In this document: positions 7,246 through 17,085 of the stretch, piece by piece
Layout: each line of letters starts with the position of its first letter
Numbering within the stretch: the first letter of the stretch is position 1
DNA from: Chloroflexota bacterium
GTDB taxonomy: Bacteria > Chloroflexota > Dehalococcoidia > Dehalococcoidales > Fen-1064
DNA length: 37,990 nucleotides
Direction of reading: 5' to 3'
NCBI GenBank assembly: GCA_026389745.1
Contig: JAPLHG010000037.1
Span: 11,732 to 49,721 of the forward strand
The notes under the pieces: model-generated
The model's database searches: none
What the model was told of the DNA's origin: nothing
Seen by the model: the letters and a program-made list of their open reading frames with translations, nothing else
Position numbers and translations under genes: made by a program

Positions 7246-7467
7246 GTGAATAGGGGGGTAAGAACAATAAATAAAGAAGCCAGCTCTATTGCTTATTGCG
7301 GCTTGGATTGCGCTGTCTGTATTAATCGTAAGGGTGAAATCGCAGACCTGGCAAAAGAACTAAGGAAGAAGCTTCGGGAAGAGAAATTTGCCAAGATGGC
7401 GCCGGGATTATCTACAATAGTCGATTATACTGTGCTTGCCAGAAGTCTATCACGGTTCTTTGAGTAA
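7246..7467 (+). CDS. Cys-motif small protein resembling the N-terminal half of DUF3795 proteins, possibly truncated
   Basis: YCGLDCAVCINRKGEIADLAKELRKKL... resembles the N-terminal CGLxCxxC module of DUF3795. The Cys-rich C-terminal half is absent in all three forward frames before the mfd stop at 7570. GTG start with no RBS. Confidence 0.3.
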   Translation: MNRGVRTINKEASSIAYCGLDCAVCINRKGEIADLAKELRKKLREEKFAKMAPGLSTIVDYTVLARSLSRFFE

Positions 7468-7569
7468 TGAAATCCATGCAAGGCCGTGAATATTGTTGGT
7501 ATCGGGTATATAGGCATTCGTTAGTAAAAATAGTTATGTATGATGGCTGATTCTGCCCTAAACATTCCC

Positions 7570-10500
7570 CTACCCCATCCCCCTCAAAATCTCCTCCAGC
7601 ACCCTTTGCCAGCCCTTGCCCGGCTGCCTGAGGCTCATTCTAAGCTGACTGGTGCCAATCTTGATGCCGTCCCTTAGAAAGTGAGATAGCTTCTGTTTAT
7701 TAAAATGCATCCCGGCAAATAACTGCAGAATCATTTCGCCGTCAGTGGTGGAAATGGACTCAGTGCCGGTGTCTTTTGCCAGAGCCTTGATTTTCAGTAT
7801 GTAGAGCAGGTTCTCCACTTCCTTCGGCGGTAAGCCGAATCTATCCGTAAACTCTTGCGCCAGTAAAGGGATTTGCCTTGCGTCAGTGATGTCTGCCATC
7901 CGCTGGTAGAGTTCCAGGCGGGTGATAAGGTCGTTCACATAATCCTCAGGTATTAATGCCGATAGCGGCAGGTCAATGGTTGGAGGCGGTAGCTTTGAAG
8001 ATGATTTTTCCTGATTTACGTCGCTCTTTTGGAGTTTTAACTTTTCCACTGCCGCCGCCAGCATCTGGCTGTAAAGATTGAAGCCCACAGCGCTGATTTG
8101 TCCGCTCTGCCTCAAACCCAGCAGGGTGCCTGCCCCCCTGATTTCCAGGTCTTTCATCGCGATACTGAACCCGGCGCCAAGCTCGGTGGCTTCGTAAATC
8201 GTCTGTAAACGTTTCTCCGCAACCAACGTCAGGCTCTTGCCTTTATCGAAAAGAAAGTAGGCGTAAGCCAGCGTCGTACCCCGTCCCACTCGTCCCCTCA
8301 GCTGGTAAAGCTGGGTCAGGCCGAAGCGGTCGGCTTGATTGATGATGAGGGTATTGACGTTGGGCATATCCAAGCCCGACTCGATAATCGTACTGCACAC
8401 GAGGACATCGCTCTTACCCTGTATAAATTCCGTCGTTACTCTTTCTAGTTCGCCTCCCAGCATCTGTCCGTGGGCGACGGAGACCCTCGCTTCCGGGATG
8501 AGGTGTCTTAGCTTGTCAGCGATGATTTCAATTGATTGCACCCGATTATGCACGAAGAAGACCTGACCATCACGTTCCAGTTCCCTGAGAACAGCCTCGC
8601 GAATCAGTCGCTCATCGTATTCGGCGACGTATGTCCTGACGGGTAAGCGGTCTTCCGGTGGTGTCTCCATCGTGCTCATATCCCGCACGCCTACCAGCGA
8701 CATGTGCAGGGTGCGCGGAATCGGTGTGGCGCTCAGGGTGAGGACATCTACTTCTTTACGCATTTTCTTGAGGTATTCCTTGTGGGCAACACCGAAACGT
8801 TGTTCCTCATCGATAATCAACAATCCCATATTCTTGAACTGCACGTCCTTTTGGATTAAACGGTGCGTGCCGACGCAGATGTCCACCGTGCCATTTCCCA
8901 GTCCCTCGATTACAGCATCCTGTTCTTTTGGTGTACGGAAACGACTCAACACCTCTATTTTTATGGGGAAGGCTTTCATTCTCTCGGTAAATGTGGCGTA
9001 GTGTTGCTGTGCCAGCACTGTGGTCGGCACCAGTACTGCCACCTGTTTGCTGTCCATCGCGGCTTTGAAGGCGGCGCGGATGGCAACCTCAGTCTTGCCG
9101 TAGCCGACATCCCCGCAGACCAGACGGTCCATCGGCTTGTTTTTCTCCATATCTTCTTTGATTTCCTTCTGCACGGTAATCTGGTCGGGTGTCTCGATGT
9201 AGGGGAAAGCCGCCTCGAGCTCTCTCTGCCAGATGGTATCTCGCGAATAGGCAAAGCCCGGCACGACTTCGCGACTGGCGTAAAGGTTCAATAAATCCTC
9301 GGCGACTTCTTCGACTGCTTCTTTGACTTTCTCTTTGGTGTGTGTCCATTCCTGTGTGCCAAGTCGACTAAGCGTGGGCGCTTGTTCTCCGCCGCCCATG
9401 TAGCGCCCGACCCTGTCTACCTGGTCGGTGGGAACATAGAGCTTGTCTCCCATCGCATATTGCAGAACCATAAACTCTTTTTCTGTGCCGTTATTGCGTA
9501 TGACGGTAAACCCGATGAACTCGCTGATGCCGTGCTCGATGTGCACCACATAGTCGCCCGGCTGGATATCGGCAAAAAGCTTATGGCGGGCGACCAGCCT
9601 TTTCTTCTGAAGGCGTTGTTGCTTGGTGAAGCCGAAGATTTCAGTATCGGTGAAAAGATGAATGTTTTTATTCATGCTCCAGCCGGCACTGAGCAGTCCT
9701 TGAAGCAGAGTCAACGAGCCGGGCAATGGCGACTGTTTGATTTCCGTCAATACAGGTGCAATGATGTCCTCTTCCTCCAGCAGTTCGGAGAGCCGATTTG
9801 CCTGATGCGTTACTAGGATCACACGCTGTTTCTCCGATAGCATTTGTTTGACCTTGGCAATGAAAATAGGCAACTGTCCTGCATAGTTTGGTGACGGCCT
9901 GAAATCGAGATAATGGCTCGATTCGTCATTGGTAATCCCCAGCGTCGCCAGTGATAAAGATGGCATTTCCTCGAGCGCCGGTGCCAGTTCTTCCCACGTC
10001 GAGTAGGGTGTTGGGAAATTAGCCGGGAGTTCGCCTTGTTCCCGCTGACTGTCGCGGAGCTCTCTGGCTTTGTTATCGAAGTCTTCCATGGTTCTCCGTA
10101 CGTTTAGCGGCTCATCGAGAATCAACAGTGTATTTTTAGGTAGATAAGACAGGAGACTGCCCTGATTGAACAACGTGGCATAGAACCCCTTGCTGGCGCT
10201 TTTCTGTTGATGGTAGAGTTCGCTTAGCTCCTTTACATAATGCTGACGGGTTTCTTCACTGCAATTGGTGAAGTCGAGGCTATTCAGTAGGCTTTCTGAT
10301 TCTATATTGTTTCCCGAAAATGGCGATAGCAGTTCGGTGGCAGGTCCAATGGTGATGGAAACCACCTTTTTCACCGAGCGCTGGTTTGCCGGGTCGTAGA
10401 GTCGGATGCTCTCCACAGTATTGCCGAAGAACTCAATTCGGGCGGGCAGTTCCCCGGCGGGCGGAAAGATATCGATGATGCCCCCGCGTTTACTCATTGT

Positions 10501-11040
10501 GCCGGGTATTTCCACGGTGCTTTCCACCACGTAGCCGAGAGATTGCCAGTGTTTCATCAATGCCATCGGTTTCAGCGCCGTCCCCTCTTTTATGGTGTGA
10601 AAAGCTTCAGCGAAGTCTTTGTGCGAAGCTGTTTTTTGGATAAAAGCGGGTGCCGGGGCAATTACCAGAGGCAAGCCCTTTTCTTTGTCGGCATTAACCA
10701 GCGCCGATAGAACACGGAGGCGTTCCAGTTCGGTGGGGCTACCGGACACAATGCGTTCGTAGGGCAGAGCGTCGGGTTCCGGCAGTAATCTGACTTGCCC
10801 CGAACGACTCCAGATAGATATTTGCTCGTGTAGTTTGCGTGACGCTTCGGCGTGGGCTGTAATCACTACGATGGGGCGTTTCAATGTTTGATAAAGGGCG
10901 GCAATCAGGAAAGGTCGGGCGGCATCAATCACGTTGGCTTCGACAGTGTCCTCTGATTGACGTAGTTCCGCCACGAGCTTGCGGTAGGTAGGCATCTCAT
11001 TGACTAGATTTAATAACTGTGTGAGGTTTAATGTTTCCAT
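7570..11040 (-). CDS. mfd: transcription-repair coupling factor
   Basis: 1156 aa. It has a CarD/RNAP-interacting segment (GDYVVHIEHGI), SF2 translocase motifs GDVGYGKTEVA and IIDEEQRFG, and a C-terminal TRCF domain. Confidence 0.97.
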   Translation of the reverse strand: METLNLTQLLNLVNEMPTYRKLVAELRQSEDTVEANVIDAARPFLIAALYQTLKRPIVVITAHAEASRKLHEQISIWSRSGQVRLLPEPDALPYERIVSGSPTELERLRVLSALVNADKEKGLPLVIAPAPAFIQKTASHKDFAEAFHTIKEGTALKPMALMKHWQSLGYVVESTVEIPGTMSKRGGIIDIFPPAGELPARIEFFGNTVESIRLYDPANQRSVKKVVSITIGPATELLSPFSGNNIESESLLNSLDFTNCSEETRQHYVKELSELYHQQKSASKGFYATLFNQGSLLSYLPKNTLLILDEPLNVRRTMEDFDNKARELRDSQREQGELPANFPTPYSTWEELAPALEEMPSLSLATLGITNDESSHYLDFRPSPNYAGQLPIFIAKVKQMLSEKQRVILVTHQANRLSELLEEEDIIAPVLTEIKQSPLPGSLTLLQGLLSAGWSMNKNIHLFTDTEIFGFTKQQRLQKKRLVARHKLFADIQPGDYVVHIEHGISEFIGFTVIRNNGTEKEFMVLQYAMGDKLYVPTDQVDRVGRYMGGGEQAPTLSRLGTQEWTHTKEKVKEAVEEVAEDLLNLYASREVVPGFAYSRDTIWQRELEAAFPYIETPDQITVQKEIKEDMEKNKPMDRLVCGDVGYGKTEVAIRAAFKAAMDSKQVAVLVPTTVLAQQHYATFTERMKAFPIKIEVLSRFRTPKEQDAVIEGLGNGTVDICVGTHRLIQKDVQFKNMGLLIIDEEQRFGVAHKEYLKKMRKEVDVLTLSATPIPRTLHMSLVGVRDMSTMETPPEDRLPVRTYVAEYDERLIREAVLRELERDGQVFFVHNRVQSIEIIADKLRHLIPEARVSVAHGQMLGGELERVTTEFIQGKSDVLVCSTIIESGLDMPNVNTLIINQADRFGLTQLYQLRGRVGRGTTLAYAYFLFDKGKSLTLVAEKRLQTIYEATELGAGFSIAMKDLEIRGAGTLLGLRQSGQISAVGFNLYSQMLAAAVEKLKLQKSDVNQEKSSSKLPPPTIDLPLSALIPEDYVNDLITRLELYQRMADITDARQIPLLAQEFTDRFGLPPKEVENLLYILKIKALAKDTGTESISTTDGEMILQLFAGMHFNKQKLSHFLRDGIKIGTSQLRMSLRQPGKGWQRVLEEILRGMG

Positions 11041-11110
11041 TTTCTCTAAACACTATCAGGGCTAGCCGAGACGGACTAGCCCTCCAAAATCATTTTAACA
11101 TAAAATTGTA

Positions 11111-11119
11111 TGATATAAT
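11111..11119 (+). promoter_or_regulatory. candidate extended -10 promoter (TGaTATAAT) for proB
   Basis: tgatataat lies at 11111-11119, 30 nt upstream of ATG 11149, and GGGAG lies 8 nt before the ATG. A 7-bp hairpin gggctag/ctagccc sits at 11059-11082 further upstream. Confidence 0.4.
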
Positions 11120-11148
11120 GACTCTACAATAGCTCGGGAGACTTATAA

Positions 11149-12288
11149 ATGAGCAAGACAAAAGTCGATAGTAAATTTACCTACCGCCGGATTGTCGCCA
11201 AGTTCGGTACCAGTCTGCTGACGGCAGGCTCGAATTGCCTGAATCAGGAGCGGATGACTGAACTGGTGGCACAGTTAGCTCGATTACACGCTAAGGGTGT
11301 GGAATTGGTTGTGGTAACTTCGGGTGCTATTGCCGCCGGGCGTGAGAAGTTGGGCTTGACCAAAAAGGACAAGGGTATCCCTTACAAGCAGGTGCTGGCT
11401 TCAGTAGGGCAGGGCAGGTTGATGAATGTCTATGAACGACTTTTCGACCAGCACCGGATTACTGTCGCACAGGCACTCTTGACCAAATCCGCACTGGCTG
11501 GACGCGCCGGTTATTTGAACGCCCGCAATACTTTGCTCGCCTTGCTGGAGCTCAGTGTGATTCCGATTGTCAATGAAAATGACGTCGTGGCGGTTGATGA
11601 GATTCAGGAAGCTCGGTTCGGGGATAACGATAATCTTTCGGCGATGGTGGCGAATCTGATTGATGCCGACCTTTTGCTCATCCTGACAGATATTGATGGA
11701 TTATGCACTGCCGACCCTCACCGTGACCCGTCTGCCCGGCTGATTCCGGTTGTGGAAAATATTGGCGAACAGATTGAGAAATTGGCATCGAGTTCAACGA
11801 GCGGACTCGGGACGGGCGGTATGGTCACCAAGATTGAAGCCGCCAGGTTAGCAACTGCTTCAGGGGTGACGGTGGTGATTGCCAACGGTTGTGAAAAAGA
11901 TGTTCTGGTTAGGGTGGCGAATGGCGAAGCTATCGGCACCAGATTCTTGCCGATGAAAGCCGAACTGGATAGTCGTCAGCGTTGGATGCTGAGTGGTCTG
12001 CGTACCCGCGGTAAATTGACGATTGACGCTGGCGCTTTTGCGGCATTGAAAAAATACAAACGCAGTCTGCTTGCCGCCGGTATTCAACAGATTGAGGGTA
12101 ATTTCCAGAGAGGCGATATCGTGGCTATTTACGACCCACAGGGGGTGAAGATTGGTAGTGGCATCACCAATTATTCTGCGGCGGAATTACAGTCAATCAA
12201 GGGAGCACACTCCGAAGAAATTGCCAGCCTGTTGGGACATGACTCCGTTTCCGAAGTGATACACAGGAATAATCTGGTAGTACTGTGA
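11149..12288 (+). CDS. proB: glutamate 5-kinase with C-terminal PUA domain
   Basis: 379 aa with amino-acid-kinase motifs ([30 protein letters not shown]) and a PUA-like C-terminus (GDIVAIYD...G). Confidence 0.95.
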   Translation: MSKTKVDSKFTYRRIVAKFGTSLLTAGSNCLNQERMTELVAQLARLHAKGVELVVVTSGAIAAGREKLGLTKKDKGIPYKQVLASVGQGRLMNVYERLFDQHRITVAQALLTKSALAGRAGYLNARNTLLALLELSVIPIVNENDVVAVDEIQEARFGDNDNLSAMVANLIDADLLLILTDIDGLCTADPHRDPSARLIPVVENIGEQIEKLASSSTSGLGTGGMVTKIEAARLATASGVTVVIANGCEKDVLVRVANGEAIGTRFLPMKAELDSRQRWMLSGLRTRGKLTIDAGAFAALKKYKRSLLAAGIQQIEGNFQRGDIVAIYDPQGVKIGSGITNYSAAELQSIKGAHSEEIASLLGHDSVSEVIHRNNLVVL

Positions 12289-12291
12289 TGC

Positions 12292-12531
12292 ATGGAAGTA
12301 CTGAATAATATTCCAATCAGTTTCTACGCGGAGCAAATCCTGAAAATGACGCGCGTTCGTAGTGGCGCCGAGCGTTTCCGTGAAATCATCGATGAGCTGA
12401 TTGAAGCCGCCAACTGTTTCCCCACCGAAGTGAAGTTCGAAAGCTGTCAGCTCTGCCCCCGTGAGAAATGCCACACCAAACAGGCGCCCTACGACCCGGG
12501 AATGGTTAAAAAATGTATACAGAGCGGGTGA
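12292..12531 (+). CDS. hypothetical 79-aa protein between proB and proA
   Basis: The ORF starts 3 nt after the proB stop (tgatgcATG). I see no RBS and recognise no family. The C-terminus is Cys-containing (CQLCPREKCH...KKC). Its coding status is uncertain. Confidence 0.3.
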   Translation: MEVLNNIPISFYAEQILKMTRVRSGAERFREIIDELIEAANCFPTEVKFESCQLCPREKCHTKQAPYDPGMVKKCIQSG

Positions 12532-12573
12532 TGTGGTGACCTGTCCCTATTCTCCGAGAGGAGGAGGGCACAT

Positions 12574-12601
12574 TGTTTCATATTTCACAGTGCTCTATAA
12601 T
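12574..12601 (+). promoter_or_regulatory. candidate sigma70-type promoter for proA
   Basis: TTGTTT at 12574-12579, a 16-nt spacer, then TATAAT at 12596-12601, 41 nt upstream of ATG 12643. Confidence 0.35.
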
Positions 12602-12642
12602 AAGCTATTCCCTATCTCAAGATAAAGCAAAAGGATAGACCT

Positions 12643-13917
12643 ATGACAAACGCCGTCGCAGAATTGAAAGCAAAGGGGAAAGCCGCTAAAGAGGCGAGTC
12701 GTAAGCTGGCATATCTTTCTACGGCTGTCAAAAACGAAGCCCTCCAGAATATCGCTGCCGATTTGCGTGCTAAAACAAAAGAAATCCTCGTCGCCAATAA
12801 GCTAGACTTGAAACAGGCGGCGGCAAACGGTGTCAACAAAACCATGCAGGACAGACTGCTACTGAACAAAGCGCGTCTGGAAGGTATGGCGAAGGATGTC
12901 CTCAATGTAGCCGCTCTCCCCGACCCGGTTGGTGAGGTATTTGATATGCGCACCATGCCCAATGGCTTGCTCATTGGCAGGAAGAGAGTGCCACTTGGCG
13001 TCATTGGCGCGATGTACGAAAGTCGTCCTAATGTTACGGTGGATATTGCGGTGCTTTGTTTGAAGTCGGGCAATGCCGTCATTCTCCGCGGCGGTAAGGA
13101 AGCTATCAATTCCAATCTGGCGTTAGCGAAACTTGTTCAACAAGCCGCAGTCCGAGCCGGTGTCCCCGAAGGTGCCATACAGTTTGTAGAGAATACCGAC
13201 CGCTCACTAGTCGATGAGATGCTGAAACTAAATGAATATATCGACCTGATGATACCGCGTGGCGGCGAAACCTTCGTCAAATTTGTCGTTCAGAATGCAG
13301 CAATGCCGGTGATCGCCGGCGGTATTGGCGTCTGTCATACCTACGTTGATCTCATGGCAGATATCGATAAGGCCGTGGCGATTGTCTATAATGCCAAGGT
13401 GCAAAAGCCATCCGTCTGCAACGCGCTGGATACTATTCTGGTGCACAAAGGAATTGCCAAGCGTTTTCTGCCAGCGGTGGCTAAAGAACTGGCAAAAGCC
13501 GGCGTGGAACTGCACTGCGATGCCCGCTCTCTGTCAATTCTGAAATTGAAGCGTGGGCTGAAGCTGAAACCGGCGACAAAAGAAGACTGGGGCAAGGAAT
13601 TTCTGGCACTCATCGCCGCTGTCAAGATGGTAGACTCTCTGGATGAGGCGCTGGAGCATATCACACGCTATGGTTCCGGGCATTCCGAAGCCATTGTGAC
13701 TGAAGACCATACTTCCGGTATGCGCTTCCTTAACGAAGTTGATGCCGCCTGTGTCTATGTCAATGCCAGCACGCGCTTTACGGATGGCGCTCAGTTTGGA
13801 TTGGGAGCAGAGGTGGGCATCAGTACGCAAAAGATGCATGCCCGAGGACCTTTGGGACTGAAAGAATTAACCACTTATAAGTGGTTAATTCTCGGTAATG
13901 GGCAGGTCAGGCCGTAG
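12643..13917 (+). CDS. proA: gamma-glutamyl phosphate reductase
   Basis: 424 aa with an ALDH-like fold. The catalytic Cys context is KPSVCNALDTILVH, and the C-terminus contains NASTRFTDG. Confidence 0.95.
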   Translation: MTNAVAELKAKGKAAKEASRKLAYLSTAVKNEALQNIAADLRAKTKEILVANKLDLKQAAANGVNKTMQDRLLLNKARLEGMAKDVLNVAALPDPVGEVFDMRTMPNGLLIGRKRVPLGVIGAMYESRPNVTVDIAVLCLKSGNAVILRGGKEAINSNLALAKLVQQAAVRAGVPEGAIQFVENTDRSLVDEMLKLNEYIDLMIPRGGETFVKFVVQNAAMPVIAGGIGVCHTYVDLMADIDKAVAIVYNAKVQKPSVCNALDTILVHKGIAKRFLPAVAKELAKAGVELHCDARSLSILKLKRGLKLKPATKEDWGKEFLALIAAVKMVDSLDEALEHITRYGSGHSEAIVTEDHTSGMRFLNEVDAACVYVNASTRFTDGAQFGLGAEVGISTQKMHARGPLGLKELTTYKWLILGNGQVRP

Positions 13918-13932
13918 ATTTAAGAATGTTGC

Positions 13933-14664
13933 CTATCGTCTTCTTGCTGACTCAATGATTGTCTGCTGAACGGAAAACAATTCGCGGATGCCTTTTTCTG
14001 CCAGCGACAGCAGGAAATCAACTGTCTCTTTATTAAAAGGTTTGGTTTCGGCGGTGCCTTGAATCTCAACAAACTCACCTTTGCTGTTCATCACGACATT
14101 GAAATCGGACTCAGCCTGAGAATCTTCATCGTAGCACAGGTCCAGCAGTCTTGTTCCGCGTACTACTCCAACACTGGTTGCGGCGACAGCGCAGTTCAGG
14201 GGTATTGAGGAGATAACTCCCATATTCGCCAGTTTATCCATTGCCAGATAGAGAGCGACATAGGCACCGGTAATAGCAGCGGTTCTGGTGCCGCCATCTG
14301 CCTGTAAAACGTCGCAGTCAATGACGAATGTTCTTTCACCCAACGAAGTCATATCGGTGATGGCTCGTATTGACCGCCCGATTAAGCGCTGGATTTCCTG
14401 ACTTCTGCCGGCAATACCACCGCGAGAAGAATCACGTTCGGTGCGGGTGAGAGTTGACCGCGGTAACATGGAATATTCAGCCGTGACCCACCCTATGCCT
14501 TTATTTCTGAGAAAAGGCGGTACTTTGTCCTCTACGGTAACGGAGCACACAACACGTGTGCGCCCCAGTTCAATCAGCACCGAGCCCTCGGCGAAACTCT
14601 GGAAACCGGGGGTGATTTTGACAGGTCTCAACTGGTCGTAGGTCCGGCCATCGCCTCTTTTCAA
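13933..14664 (-). CDS. rph: ribonuclease PH
   Basis: 243 aa with the N-terminus KRGDGRTYDQLRPVKIT and the RNase PH block CDVLQADGGTRTAAITG. TTG start. Confidence 0.93.
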   Translation of the reverse strand: MKRGDGRTYDQLRPVKITPGFQSFAEGSVLIELGRTRVVCSVTVEDKVPPFLRNKGIGWVTAEYSMLPRSTLTRTERDSSRGGIAGRSQEIQRLIGRSIRAITDMTSLGERTFVIDCDVLQADGGTRTAAITGAYVALYLAMDKLANMGVISSIPLNCAVAATSVGVVRGTRLLDLCYDEDSQAESDFNVVMNSKGEFVEIQGTAETKPFNKETVDFLLSLAEKGIRELFSVQQTIIESARRR

Positions 14665-14851
14665 GATTTTTTCCTTTCTTGTCAGCGGGGATTAAGGTAC
14701 TTCTCCTTGTGGATGACTTCTCATCTTATCATATCCGGGCGGAGTATAATCCTCCTGTTACTTACATTGTACCAGTTTCCGTATGGTTGTGGTCAAATCT
14801 ATTCGGTAATAAAGTATCAGAGCAATCCATCCGTAGATGGAATGGAAATGT

Positions 14852-15220
14852 CTAGTATCTTCCGAGTTCATGTAACCGGGCATCACTGATGCCGAAGTGG
14901 TGGGCGATTTCGTGTTTCACTACCCGCCCGATTTCAGCGACAATTTCCTCCTCGGTGCGACACAGGGCTTCTATCTGTTTCTGAAAGATGGTTATCTTAT
15001 CCGGCAATACCAGCCCGTAGCCACTACCTCTTTTGGTGCGTGGCACTCCCTCATAGAGACCAAGCAGTATCTGATTAGCCTTCAGTCTGGATTTCCTTAG
15101 CTGAGTTACCGTTGCCTGGTCTTCGACGATAACATCAATATTATCTAGCCTATTGAGAAACTCATCAGGCAGGCTTTTAACTGTCTGGGTTACCAGTTCT
15201 TCAAATCTCGCTCTATCCAT
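14852..15220 (-). CDS. zincin-like metallopeptidase family protein (DUF1025/Zincin_1 type)
   Basis: 122 aa with an HEIAHHFG metal-binding motif near the C-terminus, and the size typical of this family. Confidence 0.7.
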   Translation of the reverse strand: MDRARFEELVTQTVKSLPDEFLNRLDNIDVIVEDQATVTQLRKSRLKANQILLGLYEGVPRTKRGSGYGLVLPDKITIFQKQIEALCRTEEEIVAEIGRVVKHEIAHHFGISDARLHELGRY

Positions 15221-15328
15221 TAGGTGGCCTCGCTATCCGCTGAATAATGTCTATTATACTATTTGTGGCAAAGCGAACACAGTGCTAATATTACAGATGT
15301 AAGAACGACTCAAGGTGGTAGGTGGCAA

Positions 15329-15748
15329 ATGTTGAAGCGGTTCTGTTTTTTGCTGAGTCTGGTGTTAGGAATAGCCCTGTTATCCGGTTGTAATAGTGCG
15401 CTTAAAGCATTTCTAGGCTCCGAGTTTATTCTTTCCGTGGGGCAGAACGCTCGCATTGCCAGCGAGTCTATGGAAATAAAGCTCATCGCAGTGACTGAAG
15501 ACAGCCGTTGCCCGAAGAATGTTCAGTGCATTCAGGCAGGCAAGGTGAGTTGCGACGTTGAGATTAGTAAAGATGGCACCAAGAGTCATATACTTCTGAC
15601 GCAGACGGGGCTAACCGATAATTCCGGCGAATATACCTATCAGAATTATATAATTGTCTTCGATGTGTCACCCTATCCCGAGGCGGGGAAACAAATATCC
15701 AGCGGCGATTACCGTCTGTCGCTGATCTTTAGTAAGTCAGCGAAGTGA
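15329..15748 (+). CDS. small lipoprotein of unknown function
   Basis: The signal peptide [21 protein letters not shown] carries a lipobox (LLSG|C). AAGGTGG lies 10 nt upstream of ATG 15329. The longer ORF call starting at 15263 is less likely. Confidence 0.7.
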   Translation: MLKRFCFLLSLVLGIALLSGCNSALKAFLGSEFILSVGQNARIASESMEIKLIAVTEDSRCPKNVQCIQAGKVSCDVEISKDGTKSHILLTQTGLTDNSGEYTYQNYIIVFDVSPYPEAGKQISSGDYRLSLIFSKSAK

Positions 15749-15940
15749 AGTTTTCCCTCTGGAGATAAACTCCTTCAATCGCCGTTCAAAGACAGCGCGT
15801 CCCAATAGGACATGCCGCTGGCAGTTGAGGCAGACAATACCAATATCTGCGCCAATTCTGACAACCTGCCATTGGTCGCCGCCGCAGGCATGTTGCTTTT
15901 TTAGGCGCACCACATCACCTAAATTTATTTCCATGACCAT
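15737..15940 (-). CDS. DUF951-like small protein
   Basis: The sequence is 67 aa: (MV)[44 protein letters not shown]. This is the pattern I recall for DUF951. Its 3' end overlaps the convergent lipoprotein gene by 12 nt. Confidence 0.6.
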   Translation of the reverse strand: MVMEINLGDVVRLKKQHACGGDQWQVVRIGADIGIVCLNCQRHVLLGRAVFERRLKEFISRGKTSLR

Positions 15941-16057
15941 CGTTAGAAAGATATCCCCATCCTATCGTTGCAGAGAATCCGGAAACGATTAATAACTGGA
16001 TTCCGTATCATGGTGCGGAATGACAATACGAGATTGTCCCCTTAAGTCTCTATTTTT

Positions 16058-16873
16058 TTACTTCAAACTGGTAATGACTTTGTTGATTTCATCGTGCAGA
16101 GTTTGGGTAGCACGTTGGGCGGCAGAGGCGAAATCCGCTCCTTTAGATGCGTAAATAATGCCTCGTGATGAGTTGATGATAATGCCTCTATTGTGAGCAT
16201 CGATACCATAGCGCACTGCCAGAGCTAAATCCCCGCCCTGAGTGCCTACACCCGGAATCAAGATAGGCATGTCAGGGTGTGTTTGGCGGATGGTTTTCAA
16301 TTCTTCAGGGTAGGTAGCGCCGACGACTAATCCCACATTGTGGTTGGTATCCCACTGGCTGGCTTTGATTGCAACGACTTCGTAGAGCGGGAGAGTTTTT
16401 CCTTCAAATTGGCAGAGGAGCGATTGAAAGTCGGCGGCACCTTTGTTGGAAGTACGGCACAGAATGATTACCCCTTTCTCTTTGTACTTGAGGAATGGCT
16501 CTATGGAATCAAAGCCGAGATAAGGGCTGACTGTTACAGCGTCAAAATTAAAGTAATCGAAAAGCGCTTTCGCATAAGCCGCAGAAGTATTGCCGATATC
16601 ACCGCGTTTGGCGTCGACGATGACAGGGATGTCTTTGGGGATGTGCTTGACAGTTTTATAAAGGGCATCCAGCCCTTTCCCACCTTGAGCCTCGTAGAAG
16701 GCGATGTTCGTCTTATAGGCGCAGACCAAATCCACCGTAGCGTCAATGATTGCCTTGTTGAACTCGAAAACAGTCATTCCTGATGGAATTAACTCCGGGC
16801 TGGTATCGAGTCCCACGCATACAAGACTCCGATTCTTTTTGACTGCCACATTCAATTTTCCAACGAAATTCAT
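16058..16873 (-). CDS. pyrF: orotidine 5'-phosphate decarboxylase (long, type 2)
   Basis: 271 aa with the motifs VCVGLD, VDAKRGDIGNT and PGVGTQGG. Confidence 0.9.
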   Translation of the reverse strand: MNFVGKLNVAVKKNRSLVCVGLDTSPELIPSGMTVFEFNKAIIDATVDLVCAYKTNIAFYEAQGGKGLDALYKTVKHIPKDIPVIVDAKRGDIGNTSAAYAKALFDYFNFDAVTVSPYLGFDSIEPFLKYKEKGVIILCRTSNKGAADFQSLLCQFEGKTLPLYEVVAIKASQWDTNHNVGLVVGATYPEELKTIRQTHPDMPILIPGVGTQGGDLALAVRYGIDAHNRGIIINSSRGIIYASKGADFASAAQRATQTLHDEINKVITSLK

Positions 16874-17014
16874 ATTTGTCTCCTACTACTGCCCTTCTGA
16901 GGAGTCCTTCGGTGGAATGGCAGTAAAGCATTACTACGCAAGCTCACCCTGATATTAGCAATCTTGAAGAGTGTCGTCAAGGTTATAAGGTGGCTCTTCT
17001 CTCTAAAATACAAA

Positions 17015-17043
17015 TTGACTTCATTACCTAACTAAACTAATAT
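17015..17043 (+). promoter_or_regulatory. candidate sigma70-type promoter for lysA
   Basis: TTGACT at 17015-17020, a 17-nt spacer, then TAATAT at 17038-17043. A GAGGAG RBS lies at 17072-17077. Confidence 0.4.
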
Positions 17044-17085
17044 TGAATTGTGATTCGGGACGGATTAGCGTGAGGAGACATAACC

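Noticed and set aside
8339-9816. Several 75-158-aa plus-strand ORFs antisense to mfd
   Set aside because: These are shadow ORFs inside a gene with unmistakable Mfd motifs. They have no RBS and no recognisable domains.
12193-13839. Antisense and out-of-frame ORFs overlapping the proB end, the spacer and proA (for example 12193-12474, 12612-13115, 13228-13839)
   Set aside because: They overlap well-supported genes in other frames and have Ala/Ser/Arg-rich shadow-frame compositions without motifs.
16887-16925. 7-bp hairpin (tactgcc / ggcagta) just upstream of the pyrF RBS as a possible PyrR-type attenuator
   Set aside because: I found no PyrR-binding consensus (…UCCAGAGAGG…) and no terminator/antiterminator pair. 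The stem is short with a 25-nt loop, so it is not distinguishable from chance.
17044-17085. Possible lysine riboswitch (L-box) upstream of lysA
   Set aside because: The leader between the candidate -10 and the start codon is only about 40 nt. An L-box needs about 180 nt, and no conserved L-box helices are visible further upstream.
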